The notes: generated by a model from the letters alone, not told the origin. A DNA stretch of 64,000 bases from Octopus bimaculoides (GCF_001194135.2 NC_068995.1:14290246-14354245), one strand, 5' to 3'. Positions 13,345 through 27,641 are shown, counted from the stretch's first letter. Program-made: numbers and translations.

Positions 13345-14235
13345 GTGAGATATTATCCTCATTTAACATCTGTTTTCCATGCTGGCATGGGTTGGACGGT
13401 TTGACAGTGGGTGACCAGCTGAAGGGCTGTTCAGGTTCCATGTCTATTTTGGCATGGCTTCTACAGCTTGATTCCCTTCCTAATGCCAGCCACTTAAGTA
13501 TGCTGGGTGTGTTTATGCAACACCAGTACAGGTGTATTAACACAGCACCGGCACAGGTGCTTTCTAAGTGGCACCAGCACCGGAAAGGACAAGCCTGTAT
13601 GGGAGGCAGCGATTTTTACTTAGTTTGACAGGTTTTATCAAGTGTAGTAAGTCACATCCCCTGGTTCTTATCTTAATGCAATGACTCCTCCTTGGCCTTG
13701 TGGTTAATAAGTTCCCTTTGCAATAAAAGGTCGGAGTCCACTGCATAATACCTTAGCCAAGTGTTTTCTACCATAATTTTGGGTTAACCTGAAGCTTGTG
13801 AGTGAAATTAGGTAGATGAAAACTGTATTGAAACCTCATCTTAGTGACTCACAAGACACTTGAAGAAGGCTGGAGTGTACACAGCCAAAAATGTAGTGAA
13901 AGCAACAGTCAAGATGAAGACCCTAGTTTAATGTAGATAGTGTATGTAATAAATTCCTCATCTCAGAAATACAAATTTGTGACTATACTGAAACCCATTG
14001 GATGGATTGTACCCATTCAACGGTGGTGATTGATTATTTAATCCACTGTCTGACCATTAGGGACCTTTTAGCAGTGTTAACTCTGTTGCAAGCATTCAGA
14101 CTAAATCTCAGAAGCTTTAGTAAAAATCAGGTGCCACTCTTCCTTCTTGATGAATTTTGTCTAACATTGAATGAATTCCCAATGAACACACATTTTGTAA
14201 AATAAATTAAAAACTAAATTATTTTATTTTTTTAG

Positions 14236-14493
14236 GTGGTTGCATTTGGGCCTGGCTTACAGGAAACTGGGGTCCAAGTTCAGCAGATGACTGAATTCAC
14301 TGTTGATGCCAAGAAAGCTGGGAAGGCTCAACTGGACATTATTTGCCATGACGCCGATGGTAACCCCGTTAAAGTTGATATCAAAGACAACAAGGATGGC
14401 ACTTACACTTGTAAATACAAGCCTTTGAAGAATGTCAAGCATGTCGTGTTGATTTCATATGGTGGTGTAAACATACCTAAAAGTCCTTTCAGA
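14236..14493 (+). CDS. FLNA: Filamin exon: R5
   Basis: tttag acceptor, gtaagt donor, 258 nt, phase 0-0. Confidence 0.95.
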
Positions 14494-14691
14494 GTAAGTA
14501 CCTCATAATTTTAGTTGATTTTATGGTGTGTGTGTGTGTGTGTGTATTCTCTTCCAAGATGGAGACTAGTACCAACATTCCATGTGGCTGGCTTGGCAAT
14601 TGTTGAGAATTCACTGCATGAAACCAATGGTAGCCTTGCTAACTCACAAATAAAGAATATTTGCCAATGCAATGTTGAGCACTCATTCACC

Positions 14692-14724
<33 letters not shown>

Positions 14725-16546
14725 CTGTGTGTATGCATAACTGTGAATGTGTAGTTAAATGTTTTGATGATAGTCTTTCAATATGGTGTTGAGGTGTCAG
14801 AAATGGTAGTTTTGGACTAAATGTCTTGTAATTCCTCTGATTCTGTGTTCAAATCACACTAGTAGTTGTTGTGGTAGGAGGCTGATGTTGCCTTTTTTTG
14901 TCCTTCCATTGTCAATAAAATATTGGTCAAACATAGAGATGTGGGCAAGTTGCTATAATTGTCTGGATTTGCAGAACTAGGAGTGTTGGAGAAGAGTACT
15001 TTGCAGTATTTATTCTAGTGTTTTATGTTCAGAGTTCAAATTCTGTCTTAATCAGCTTCGCATTCCATTCTTCCAGGAATTATAAAATACAGTACCAGTA
15101 TTGGGATATATGATCAACTGTTCCCTTGCCTTAAATTCAAAACCTTGTTAGAAATCCATACTGATTTGCATTCTTTCCTACATTGTGTCCTAAGCTATGT
15201 CTGTAATTTTGCTCGTGCTGATAAAACGAATACCAGTAATTTACCAGGGTAATTCAATTGACTGCTCGTTTTTCTTGTGACTTACTGCATGGCTCAGTTT
15301 AAACAGCAGCATCCTAGATCCTGGCCAACTTTTAAAGCAGAGATCACTACTCCAATGCAAGTTTTGAGTCAAGCGACTACAAAGTTCCCTCCCTTCTCAC
15401 TTTTTTTTTTCTTTCTTGCACTGACCTAAGGATATTAAACCTAGACATCAGCTATATAATATCAATCTCACCTGTCTGAAAGGAAGGGGTCTGTAAAGCT
15501 CATACACTACCCCCATCATCCTCTGATTAACTTGTAAATAAGAGTTATTTGGCTCCATGCCAAAGTCAGAAATCCAGATGAATTGCTTTTGAATATTCAC
15601 TTGATGTTACATCTGCTACAGTCATCATCATTTGTCAGTTTTATGTGTATTTTTTCCATATGAATAAAACTTCCAGAGGCTGTATTATTTTATGGCCAGA
15701 TGCTCTCTAACTCCAGGCCTTCTTTTCAAGTTAGGTATTTAATTTCCATATCTCTGTACATAGAGCCACTAAGCTGCCTGACTTCGTGGAGTATAAACAC
15801 ATCACTGTAGCACAATGCATGCAAAAACTGATGTGCTTACCCACACATGCAAGCACACACACACACACAGAATTGTGTACAGTTCCTGTCAACTAAATTT
15901 CACACACAAGGTATAGGTCAACTCTAGACTTCAGTTAGACATTTGTCGAAGCTACCATGCAAGTGGGCTATCCAACTGCATACCATATGGTTGTGATTTG
16001 AAATTCTCAACTTCACAGCTTGGTCTGTGACTTCATCATCTTTTTTTTTTCCCCAAACATTAAATTAACATTTAAACTAGGCTCCCACATGTTGGTTACT
16101 GTTGATCAAGAACTTTACTCAGAACATCAACACACAGCACACACTTCTCACTTTAATAAAATTGAGTACCACTCTAATATTGCTTTCAAAACATGGCACA
16201 AGGCCAGCAATTTCAGGGGAAGATGTAAGTCAATTACATCAACCCCAATGTTCAACGGGTACTCATTTTATCAACCCTGAAAGGATGAAAGGCAAAGCCG
16301 ACCTTGGTGGAATTTGAACTCAGTATGTAAAGATAGATATGTCACTAAGCATTTTGCCTGGCATGCTAACGATTCTGCCAGCTCACTGCCTTAAGTACCA
16401 TTCTAATTCAGTCAGTTTAATTAACTAGTTATGCCCACTTCTTGTATTTGTGGCCTTTTACCTCTGGATATAAAGTAAAAACAATATTTTACTAAGGAAG
16501 TTCATAGTTCTTTTTAGACTAATTATTTTAATTTTCTTCTTTACAG

Positions 16547-16658
16547 GTTTTTGTCCAATCTCCTTCCAGTGTGAAGGTTTATGGACCAGGTGTGAAACCA
16601 GGTGTGAAAACTAACCAACCAACTCACTTCGTGGTTGACTGCAAAGAAGCTGGACCTG
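16547..16658 (+). CDS. FLNA: Filamin exon: R6 start ([37 protein letters not shown])
   Basis: ttacag acceptor, gtaaga donor, 112 nt; not in the ORF track. Confidence 0.93.
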
Positions 16659-17845
16659 GTAAGAGAACATAGTTCTTATTATATATTCCAACCATTTTGT
16701 GTCATGGTTTATACACATTGACATACATTTTAAACTTGAGAGCACTCTTTTTTGTGGTTGCTTCACCTGCTAGAAATAAACAAATCTCCTTCAAACCATG
16801 TGCCCTGCAATTTGTAAAGAATATATATGATACATTAGATAATGTAGTCCAAGATATACACTTCTTTAATAAAAAAATGACTGGATGATTATAACTGGAA
16901 TATCCTTGGATCAGATATCAACTTGATCAATGCTGATTTGGGAACTAAACAACTTGAGTTTAAAATAAAATCTATTTGGAATATGTAATAGCTTGTCAGC
17001 TAATTTGATCAAAGTTTTATTGACTGAGAGCTGGTGTGATCAAACTTTTGTGTCTTATTAATTGTACTTATTAATGTACTTACCACAAAAACTTCTGCAT
17101 TGAACCTACAGTCTCATGAGGCCAGAGCTTATGTGGATTTTGAAAGCATTTAGGCTTAGTACAAAATTCTGTTGAATGAGATAACCCCTAGAATAAAACC
17201 TGCAGTGGGTTAATCTGAAAAAAGAAGTACCATTAGCACTTGGAGGTTTAACCTTGCAATAGGTTGTAGGGTTAAATCCTAGGTGCTACTGGTATCACTT
17301 TTTTTCAGCAAAGTGTACTGAAACAGCTTAAAATAAAGTGCTTCATTCAAGGACATAAGTACTGCTTAGTTCAAGAATTGAACCCACGACCTAACAATTG
17401 TGAGATCAACATTCTGATCACGAGGGTAAAAAGGTAAGAACCCCCTTCAGTCATGAATGACCATAGGATTTCACCTAGAAAGTTCCCCTCAGTGAACTGA
17501 AGTAATGTAAAATAAACTGTTTTGTTCAAGAACACAACACATAGCCTGGTCTGTGAATTGAGCTCACTACCTCATGAATGAGAGTCCAACACTCTAACCA
17601 ATGAGGCATGTCTTCACAAAGGCCTTATACACTTTCATAAAACTTTAAGAAGACCTAATCCTAACTAACTTTTTAGGATAAGCCATATTAAGCTAACTTA
17701 AAGTTTGATAAATTACATGAAGGGGAGATATTCATGTGGTTCCCTGTATGATCCAGAACAGCAGGACATAAGCACTCTCACACGTGTGTCTCCATGTTTA
17801 TGAATATGCCTGTTTATGCCATGAGGTGCTAGGTTGTATAATACT

Positions 17846-17897
<52 letters not shown>

Positions 17898-18209
17898 NNN
17901 NNNNNNNNNNNNNNNNNNNNNNNNNNNNNNNNNNNNNNNNNNNNNNNNNNNNNNNNNNNNNNNNNNNNNNNNNNNNNNNNNNNNNNNNNNNNNNNNNNNN
18001 NNNNNNNNNNNNNNNNNNNNNNNNNNNNNNNNNNNNNNNNNNNNNNNNNNNNNNNNNNNNNNNNNNNNNNNNNNNNNNNNNNNNNNNNNNNNNNNNNNNN
18101 NNNNNNNNNNNNNNNNNNNNNNNNNNNNNNNNNNNNNNNTTTTTTTTTTTTTTTTTTTTTTTACTGCCCAAGAACTGACATTGAATATAAATAATTTGTT
18201 TGAATTTAG

Positions 18210-18434
18210 GTGATGTGGCTATTTCACTGACTGATGAGCGTGGAATGGATGTGCCTGTTAATACTGTTGACAACCAAGATGGTACTTTCACTGTCAATTA
18301 TGAAGCCAAGATCCCTGGCATGTACACCATAAATGTGTACTTTGCCGATAAAGAGATTCCAGCATCACCTATCAAGGTGAAAGTTGAATCCAGTATCGAT
18401 CTCAGCAAAGTACGCGTTGAAGGTTTGGAGAGCA
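18210..18434 (+). CDS. FLNA: Filamin exon: R6 end fused directly to R8-like start
   Basis: tttag acceptor, gtaagt donor, 225 nt; ...ASPIKVKVESSIDLSKVRVEGLES. Confidence 0.95.
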
Positions 18435-19023
18435 GTAAGTTTCAGTTATATTCTTTTCTTTTGGTATTGTATGAATTATATATATAATTCAGTGAAATCT
18501 GCTTTGGCACATACTACCATGACCATTATCTCGTGTAAAACAATCATACTGACTTGGGAAAATTATCTCCCTTACCTTTTTTGATAAGTATTGTCATTAA
18601 CACTAAATTTTATCATGGGTATAATTTTGAGAATTTTTTGCTCACTTCATTAAATATTTTACTTTGCCCTGTCATTTAATTATTGCCACATGAGGGTTTT
18701 ACAAGGAGTTTTAACAAATTTATTTCTATCTAAACTTGATACAATTCACAAATTAATTCAGACATATTGAATTTTATTGTATTATAAATGCATTTTATTT
18801 TATTTCTTAATTGTTATTGTGCTTCAAAATATTTATTGAAATACATATACCTTAGATACTTGGGTATTGCTTCATTTTGAAAAGAATGTAAATTTTTGCA
18901 ATATTTAAGCATCATTTTCATGTTTGTACATTTTTTTGTAACTTAAAAAAAACCCTTTAATCTTGAGTTAAATCTTAGTTCTGCCAATACATTCTGGTCC
19001 CTATTCTTTTTTCCGTTGTTTAG

Positions 19024-19593
19024 CTCAAGAGGTTGGCAAAGAGAAAATGATTGATATCATTACGGTTGGTGCTGGAAAGGCTGAAGCCACTGTCCAGATA
19101 ACCAGTCCTAAAGGTGTCAAGACAAATGTTCCTACTAAGCCAATGGCTAATGGACATAGTGCACCTATTCTCTTCAAAGAACCTGGTCCTCATAAGGTCG
19201 AGGTCAGCTATGGTGGAATGCCAGCAAAGGGTTCACCATTTAAAGTTGATGCCGTTGTTCCGGTCGCTGCTAACAATGTTCATGCTTATGGCCCTGGCTT
19301 GAAAGAAGGAACTGCAAAGAAACCAGCCACATTTACAGTCGACAGGCGTGCTGCTCCACCGGGTGCTCTTGGAGTATCTGTTGAAGGTCCATCTGAGGCT
19401 AAAGTTAACTGTACTGATAACAAAGACGGTACTGTCAATGTTGAATACTTACCAAATGTGCCAGGAGACTACAAAGTGAATGTCATCTATGATAACGCTC
19501 CAATTCCTGGATCACCATTTAAGGCTAAGATTCAACCCGCAACTCTCGATGTCGGAGGCATCAAGGCTTATGGACCAGGAGTTGAGAAGACCG
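19024..19593 (+). CDS. FLNA: Filamin exon: R8-like, R9-like and start of R11-like
   Basis: gtttag acceptor, gtaaac donor, 570 nt, phase 1-1. Confidence 0.95.
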
Positions 19594-22142
19594 GTAAACT
19601 GATGCAAACTGCATGGTGTGATCTAGCCAATGTGTGGCTTAAATTCATTCAAAAAAACCCAAAATAATCCATTTTCTCAGCAGTATTCAAAAAGAAAAGA
19701 CAATACTGATGCTTATGTTGGCATATTAACAAGATAGTTTCAGCATTTTGCATGTCAAGTCTGCTTTGTGTTGCAAATTTTAATGTATTTCTTTTATTGG
19801 TTTCAGCCTCTTTGATGCAGCCTTTGCTGGAGCATCATCAGTCATCACAGCAGTTCTTTGTTCTATGTTTATATTTTGATATGTGAACTTTTCAACTTCT
19901 TTTTCTTCTGTTTCCTAAGTCATATTGGCTCTTTTGGAAGGATAATTTTTTTTTTAATTCTTTGCACAAATTTTTTTTAAAAAGTGTGTTTTGGTAGTAA
20001 TATTGAGCAGTAGTATTGCCTAAGTTGTAAGCTGTTACAGTGCTAGAATTTATTCTCTGGAATAGTATGACACCCAGTCTTAAGTTTGGCCTTGGTCCTG
20101 AAGTTTTCCGGGTGTAAATTTTATGTATATATACATAAAAGCGAATGACCTCCATATAAAAGGACCATGAAATCTTTGGACATGAAATCTATTTGTTCTT
20201 CTTTTCTGAAGATGTCTTTTTGTTTCATGAGGTTAGAAAAGGATTAGCATATTATATGAAGTTCTGTATTAACAGAAAAAAAAGTCTAATTTTCAACAGG
20301 CAAAATTTTAATTTTGAAACAATTAACCCATTTTTATTTCTATCATAAAATGGTGGACCGATAGCTCAGCCATATCCTAAACTTTAGGATTGTCAGAAGT
20401 ATGTGATCTTGATTCTACTTACTTGATTCATTACCACTGTACATCTTACACCATTTCTGAATTAGATATGGACATCAATACTGTGCATTGAATGTTACAT
20501 GACCTTAAGAAACATTTGATCAATGCGATCAATAATATAGACACACACTTTATGTAATTTGTAGTGTATGTTTTTTGTGTACTTAGACTTGTGAACACAG
20601 TTGTTTGAACTGATCTCCACAATTTTCAAATTGTAATTGGTTGTGCTCCAGTATAGATAAAGTATAGGCTGATATTATTATAAAGATTTACAGAAATGTC
20701 CTTGATTTGACTGTTGTGCTTTTAGATTGGTAAATACCAGACTAAAGGACACGGCATTGCACACTTGGTTAAAAAGGTTTGCTTTATGCTCATGAACTTC
20801 AGGGACTGTCTATTGTGCTGATCCTAGAAGATAGCCTCAAGTCACCCAAAGTCTTGTGAATTAAATTGTGTGGAAAGGAACTGTTTAGAAACCCACTGAA
20901 TAAAATGTAGCTGTAAAATCCAGATTCAGCCTTGCCTATCTCTCAATAAAATTTTCAGGCTAAATCAGCATAAGTGTATATGTCTGCAGAATACTCAGCC
21001 ACTTAAGCATTATCTTAATGAGTTGGTAGCTCAGTTGATCAAACAGCTGAATGTTCATCATCATATAACCAAAGACTCAAAATCTCTTAGTGATTAAAGC
21101 TCAATGTTCGTTGGTTTCATCTAATTCATACTTCATTTATTTATTTAACATTATTTTTGACATTTTAGTGTATTCTAGCATGGCTGAGTTTTTTTTGTTT
21201 TTTTTTTTTAATAATTTTGACTTTGACTCAGTTGGAAAGATGTTCTAATTTTTTTGTTTTAATTTATTTTTGGCTTATTTTACAGTTTTCTTTTTAATGC
21301 TAATCACTTATCTGTTTAGTAAGTCTGGTACTTTCACTAGTTGAGCAAACTTTGGCCAGTTGTTACAGCTTGGTCAGAAGCAATACTGTTAGTATACTAA
21401 GGTTTGGACTGCAGGTCTTGTAGTTGAATTGGTAATGTTACCATAAGGCTCACAGCAATGCTCATTTCATCATTTGTTTTGTTAATTACATTACTGTGCA
21501 AAATCTATTGAAATGACCAATAAAAACTGCTTAGAAAAGGAAACATCAGGACAGGTTGAGAAACTTAAGAGAATGATAAAACCGATACATTGTCCTTTTT
21601 AAAAAGGAAAGCAAAAGGTAGATATTTTGGATCCTTAAATCCCAAAAAAGAAAAATATTCTTTCTACATCTTAAAGATAGCAGCATTGTCACAATGGATA
21701 CATTTTGAATGAAATAAAGCAGAAGTTACAATTACTTAAATATGACCCTCGAAATGACCATGCTTGTTTTCAAATTTTTAGTTAAGCCAAGCCCTTGTTT
21801 CGTATGTTCTGAGTAAGTCCTAAGTTACTCTAATGATTGAAAAATTGGTATGGTGTATCATTATATGTTGTGTGGACACCAGAGAAATATATCCTGTGCA
21901 TCACACGTAATTATATACAGAATGGACAAAGGTTTAAAGAAGATAATTTATTTAAGGGGATGCAATTACAACTAATGGAGCTAATGAAACTTGTAGTTTG
22001 AATATATTGTGAAATGAGTCAAAATGTAAAGAACATTTTTAGTTATCATTTGAATTTAATAAAGACACTTGTTAATAAGGACCGAGAATACTATCAACAC
22101 GTTATCTAGCTATGATGTAAAAGACAAATTTATAATCTTTCT

Positions 22143-22177
<35 letters not shown>

Positions 22178-23135
22178 NNNNNNNNNNNNNNNNNNNNNNN
22201 NNNNNNNNNNNNNNNNNNNNNNNNNNNNNNNNNNNNNNNNNNNNNNNNNNNNNNNNNNNNNNNNNNNNNNNNNNNNNNNNNNNNNNNNNNNNNNNNNNNN
22301 NNNNNNNNNNNNNNNNNNNNNNNNNNNNNNNNNNNNNNNNNNNNNNNNNNNNNNNNNNNNNNNNNNNNNNNNNNNNNNNNNNNNNNNNNNNNNNNNNNNN
22401 NNNNNNNNNNNNNNNNNNNNNNNNNNNNNNNNNNNNNNNNNNNNNNNNNNNNNNNNNNNNNNNNNNNNNNNNNNNNNNNNNNNNNNNNNNNNNNNNNNNN
22501 NNNNNNNNNNNNNNNNNNNNNNNNNNNNNNNNNNNNNNNNNATTGTTTTATAATATAGAGATTACTCGAAAATATTTTGAATATTACCTTTTTCCTGAGA
22601 ATGGACATATGTATATCTATAAATATTACATAACAGCAGATGAAGCTATGACACCATTTATTTTCATATATATATATATACATATAAAATGATAGGTATA
22701 AAGAGATTTTATACATATATTCTGTAACAGCACTGTAAAACCGTGACACATACATACACATTTTATATATAATCAAAATAAGCAACAGGATATCAAGGGG
22801 TAATGCAGTACGACCGTTTTAAGTGGCTCCATTTAATTGAACAATGCAATCATTACATCAATTTAAATGCAGGGCTATCCTCAGCTGCATAAATAAATAA
22901 ATAAAATTTTTAATCAGTTGGACACATTGATATAATTTTACTCAAATGCTCTAATAGAGCAAAAAGATGGAAAGAGTCCATATTGCTGCTAATGTAGCTA
23001 AGAATATACTACACTTCTAAGAATTGTATGAAGTTTGTTGGGGGTCATAGCTTGCAAAGGATTTTCACTTTACTTTGAGTTGTACAGATAATACCGCACT
23101 GATTTGGTGCTTCAAATCTAATTCATCTGAATCTC

Positions 23136-23172
<37 letters not shown>

Positions 23173-23856
23173 CATGCACATGCTATTATTTAGTGTATAT
23201 TTTTACTGTGGGATTACATAGTAACCATTGGGTGGAATAAATAAAGTTGAGAATCACTGTATTGGTTTCAAATGAGCATGCAGTCTTAATTACCTGAAGT
23301 AAAACAGCTTGGAGATATAGTTTCTCACTAGACCATATTTTGTAGCCTATGGTCTTTTAGTCTTTGACTGATGCTTGCACTACAACTTTTGGCGTTCAGT
23401 TTTTTAACTATATTTCTATAGAAGTTCTAGAATTTTATATTTTACTTTTCAATATTGTTTCTTGTTTTGATTGCTTTTTAATTTTTTTTAACTCCCTAAA
23501 TGATTTCCAGGAACTCTTAATTTTGAAAATTAGATTTTATTAAAATTTTTTTCCTTTTAATTGGTTCCATTAAATTGCAAAAGAATTTGGGTTCATTTGT
23601 ACTATCACATTTTATCTTCATGTTTAAATCTCTAATTGTATTTTCTCATGAGAAATAATGTCCAATGTATAAAATTACTTAGTTAATAGCTTTCATCTTT
23701 ATATTTATTAAAAGACCTTTCTAAATGTTATGGCTATTTACAACCAGTTTTTCCCACTTCCTCAAACTGCTGCCATTTTTATCCAAGACAATACTAATCA
23801 CTATCAGAATTTATTCTTCAATATTCTCATGTAATCTTTTCTTTTTCTTTGTGCAG

Positions 23857-24030
23857 GTGTCTTTTTGGATGCCCCAGCCAACTTCACTGTTGACGCCACT
23901 CCTGTTACAAAGAATGGTGATGGTAAAGTACGTGCTGTTGTCACAAGTCCATCTGGAGCCAAAGCTGAGCTGCCAATTGACAACAAGAAGAATGGTATTT
24001 ACACTGGCTCTTACATGCCAATTGAACAAG
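23857..24030 (+). CDS. FLNA: Filamin exon: R11-like
   Basis: gtgcag acceptor, gtaaat donor, 174 nt. Confidence 0.95.
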
Positions 24031-24877
24031 GTAAATTGCATTTTGTTTGATCAACTCTACTAAAATATTCTGAAGAAAAATTTTGAAATTGTCAATTTTA
24101 CAATATCAATCCAGAAATTTGATTGTTTCTATAATTGAATGTTTTAACATCAGCTTGCTTTGACTTCCTTAAATCAACAATTGTTTGTACGATGTTTATT
24201 ATTTACGTACTCTTTACATCCAGAGTTCAAATTCTGCCAAGGTTGACTTAGCCTTTCATCCATTCAGGGTCATTAAAATAAGTACCTGTCAAGTACTGGA
24301 GTCGATGTAATCAACTATCTTTCCCAAATTTCAGGCCTATGGGGGAAGTAGATAATTGTTTTAACTGTTTTTAAAAATTAAGATGTACCAGTTCACTTAT
24401 ACACTAAGAATGAATATGTACCTACACTAAGGATGAATGTGTACCTACACATGCTGATACCACATAAAAAGCACCCGGTACACTTGTAGAGTCGTTGGCA
24501 TTTGGAAGGGCATCCAGCCAAGGAAACCATACGGGAATAGACAATGGTGCCTGGTGTCGCAGCCAGCCTGACCAGCTCCAGTCATACTATCCAACCCATT
24601 CCAAGATTGTGAACAGGTATTAAATGATGACATACACTTATTGTGGATTCTGCTGTCAAATGACTAATGAGAGTTCTGCAACTTCTTGTTGAACAACTTA
24701 CACAGGTGATATGTTTATTGTGATCAAATGTTTATGCTTCACATTAGTTCACTCCTGCCATCAAATCGGCATTATCTGTACAGGTGCATGGTGTGCCATA
24801 CACCAGGTGTCAGTGATCAGTTTTGGAAATTGAAACCCCACTCTATTGATTTTGTATACAGCACCCTTACTACTAGG

Positions 24878-24889
24878 TTGTGTGTGTGT

Positions 24890-24953
<64 letters not shown>

Positions 24954-24961
24954 GCGCGCGC
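24878..24961. repeat. (TG)n-TA-(CA)n-(CG)n alternating purine-pyrimidine microsatellite
   Basis: Directly visible; other (CA)n/(TA)n tracts at about 14525, 14697, 17847, 22144, 23140, 42970, 47322, 57640, 58550. Confidence 0.9.
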
Positions 24962-25119
24962 CTTAGAAAGGGATAGCATCTGAAGATATAAGATGTACTG
25001 ATTGAAACCATTAATATCATAATTATAATAATTCTCAGAAGTATGAACACATTAGTAGTATTCCTTATCTGGAATGTTGTTAAATCTACAATTTGTTTTT
25101 TCTTTTAATATCCTTTTAG

Positions 25120-25230
25120 GTCCTTATGCTGTTGACATTTCTTATGAAAACATGCCAATTCCTGGCAGTCCTTTCAAAACAACTGCTGTTCCTGGTTGTG
25201 ATCCTTCTAAAGTCAAAGCTTACGGCCCAG
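25120..25230 (+). CDS. FLNA: Filamin exon: R11/R12
   Basis: ttttag acceptor, gtaaga donor, 111 nt. Confidence 0.95.
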
Positions 25231-26016
25231 GTAAGATTTATTCTATGATTGTGTGTCTGTTCATTCTTTCATTTTTACATCTGATTTTCCATCCTAGCAA
25301 GAGTTAGATGAATACATATTGAAGCAGTATTGTTTAACTGCCTGATGCTCCTTATGTCACTAACCATGACCTGTTTTACAAATAGTAATTAAAAAAATTT
25401 TTTTATTCCACTTTGAGAGAACAGAGCCAAAGGACAAATACCTTTTTGATGAGGAATGTCGACAAACATTACCATCTGTCAGTCTCTTTTGCTGAAGTGC
25501 TAAATGACTGGGAAATAAATTCATTGGTCAGCCCAATGTTATAGAAAATACTTGCCAAGGTGCTGCACAGTGGGACTGAACCCCAAACTATGTAGTTGCA
25601 AAGTGAAATTTTTACACACTCAACCATGCTTGCAATTTTTAGATATTCTTTTTCTCTTATACTTTTACTCGTTTGTCTTTTGACTGGCCATGCTGGAGTA
25701 TGAACGAATCGACATATTTTTTAAAGCCTAGTACTTATGGGATGTAAACCCACTAACACTGGTTATCAAGCAGTGATGGGGCACACACGCACACACACAC
25801 CTGTATATACATGATGGGCTTCTGTCAGTTTCTGTCTACCAAATTCACTCACAAGGCTTTGGTCGACCTGAGGCTAAAGTAGACACTTGCCCAAGGTGCC
25901 ACACAGCAGGAATGAACCTGGAACCGTGTTACCACACAACTATGCCTGCTCTTCTTGTCTACCTCTGTTGTTATAATGCTTTAAATAAGCAAAAATTTGA
26001 GCATTGTCATTTATCG

Positions 26017-26314
26017 CAGGCATATCAAACATGTGACCCCATGGGCTGTGTGTGACCCTTTTCAAACACAAGTGCAGCCTGTGAACAATGTTGCTAGAGG
26101 TTTAAAAATGAGAAATCCCCACCAATTTTTAATAAAAATAATTAATAATTTAGTTAACAAATATAGGAATATTGATGAGCAAATAAGATTTTAAATGATT
26201 TTACATAATGAAGAATGATGGAAAGCTTTGTAAGCACTTGTTCAAAAATATGTGGCCCACATAGCAACATGTAAGCAATGTGGCCCTTAGAGACTTTGCA
26301 GTGTGACATGCCTG
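26017..26314. mobile_element. hAT-type MITE
   Basis: CAGGCATATCAAAC / GTGTGACATGCCTG inverted ends; degenerate 8-bp TSD atttatcg / gtttatag. Confidence 0.6.
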
Positions 26315-26383
26315 GTTTATAGGATCATAAATTGCACAAAAATTGCTTGACATACAAACTTATCGAATGCATTTTGTTTCCAG

Positions 26384-26596
26384 GTCTTGAACGTGGTATC
26401 ACTAATAAACCCAATGTGTTCACTGTGGACAGCCGTGGAGCTGGTCATGGTAACCTTGGTCTCTCCATTGATGGACCTGTCGAAGCTAAGATGACCTGCA
26501 AGGACAATCATGATGGAACATGCCAAGTTGAATACATGCCTCTTAAATCTGGACCTTATGATATTGGTGTGAAATATGGTGATAAACATATTCCTG
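26384..26596 (+). CDS. FLNA: Filamin exon: R12
   Basis: ttccag acceptor, gtaagt donor, 213 nt. Confidence 0.95.
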
Positions 26597-27467
26597 GTAA
26601 GTTTAACTAAAATTCTACATTAAACCATGACTTTAAGTTTTTGTTTTTTTGTTTTAATTTTAAGCTGATTATGAAAGCCAAGTAATTAGTATTTTATAAT
26701 TACTATATTACTAGAGGTAAAGACTCCCTTTGGTCATGAATGACCATGGAATTGCACCTAGAAAGTTCCCCTCCAAGGCACAAGTCCTGGCAAAGTTGTT
26801 TTATGGAAGATCAGCAGTCACCTATGCATACCAGCCTTCCTTCTTCACGCCACCAATGTTATCCAAGGGAATGGCAAAAGCCGATACAGCTTGGCACCAG
26901 TGACTTCAAGACTCATTTCTACAGCAGTGAGAAATAAAGTATCATGCTCAAGAACACAACCTGGTCTACAATACACAAAATATTTCAAAAATTATTAGTG
27001 CAATTATTTCACATCAAGTTGGCATGGCCTGTGTCATGAAACTGGCATGTAAAAGGCACTCTTTACACTCTTGGAGTGGTTGGCATTAGGAAGGGCATCC
27101 AGCCATAGAAACCATGCCAAATCAAACTGGAACTTGGTGCAGCTCTCCGGCTTACAAGTTCCAGTCAACTCATCTAACTCATGCCAGCATGGAAAGCACA
27201 CACTAAATGATGATGATGATGATATGAAAATATAATGGGACTTTTTAAAACATTGAATGGCTATAGGGAGATCCAGTAGAATAAAATAGGAATCGGTCTA
27301 TAGGCAAAAAATGGCTGAAAACTACTGATATAGAGGTTCCTTAATCAGGAGTTAGTGGGGATAAAGTTCTATGCTTCTTCTGAAACCATATGCAATAAAT
27401 AATCCCCTTGTTCTAAAGAATCCTTGGATCATTTTTCAACTTTTTTTCCAACATTTTCATCTTTCAG

Positions 27468-27641
27468 GCAGTCCATTCCATGTACCAGTTGAGACTCCAG
27501 TTGATCCTAGCAAAGTGAAATGCCAAGGTCCTGGTGTTGATACTGCTAAAGGAGTCAAACCCAAGGAACCAACATCCTTTACCATTGATACTAAAGAAGC
27601 TGGAGATGCTCCACTTGAAGTTACTGTCACTGACAAATTTG
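27468..27641 (+). CDS. FLNA: Filamin exon: R12/R13
   Basis: tttcag acceptor, gtaaaa donor, 174 nt. Confidence 0.95.

Noticed and set aside
13857-13898. Sense-strand hammerhead-like relic (CAC TTGAAGA A GGCTG..CAGCC AAAAA..GTG); another near 12741-12770 on the minus strand
   Set aside because: The GAAAC core is mutated, so neither can be active.
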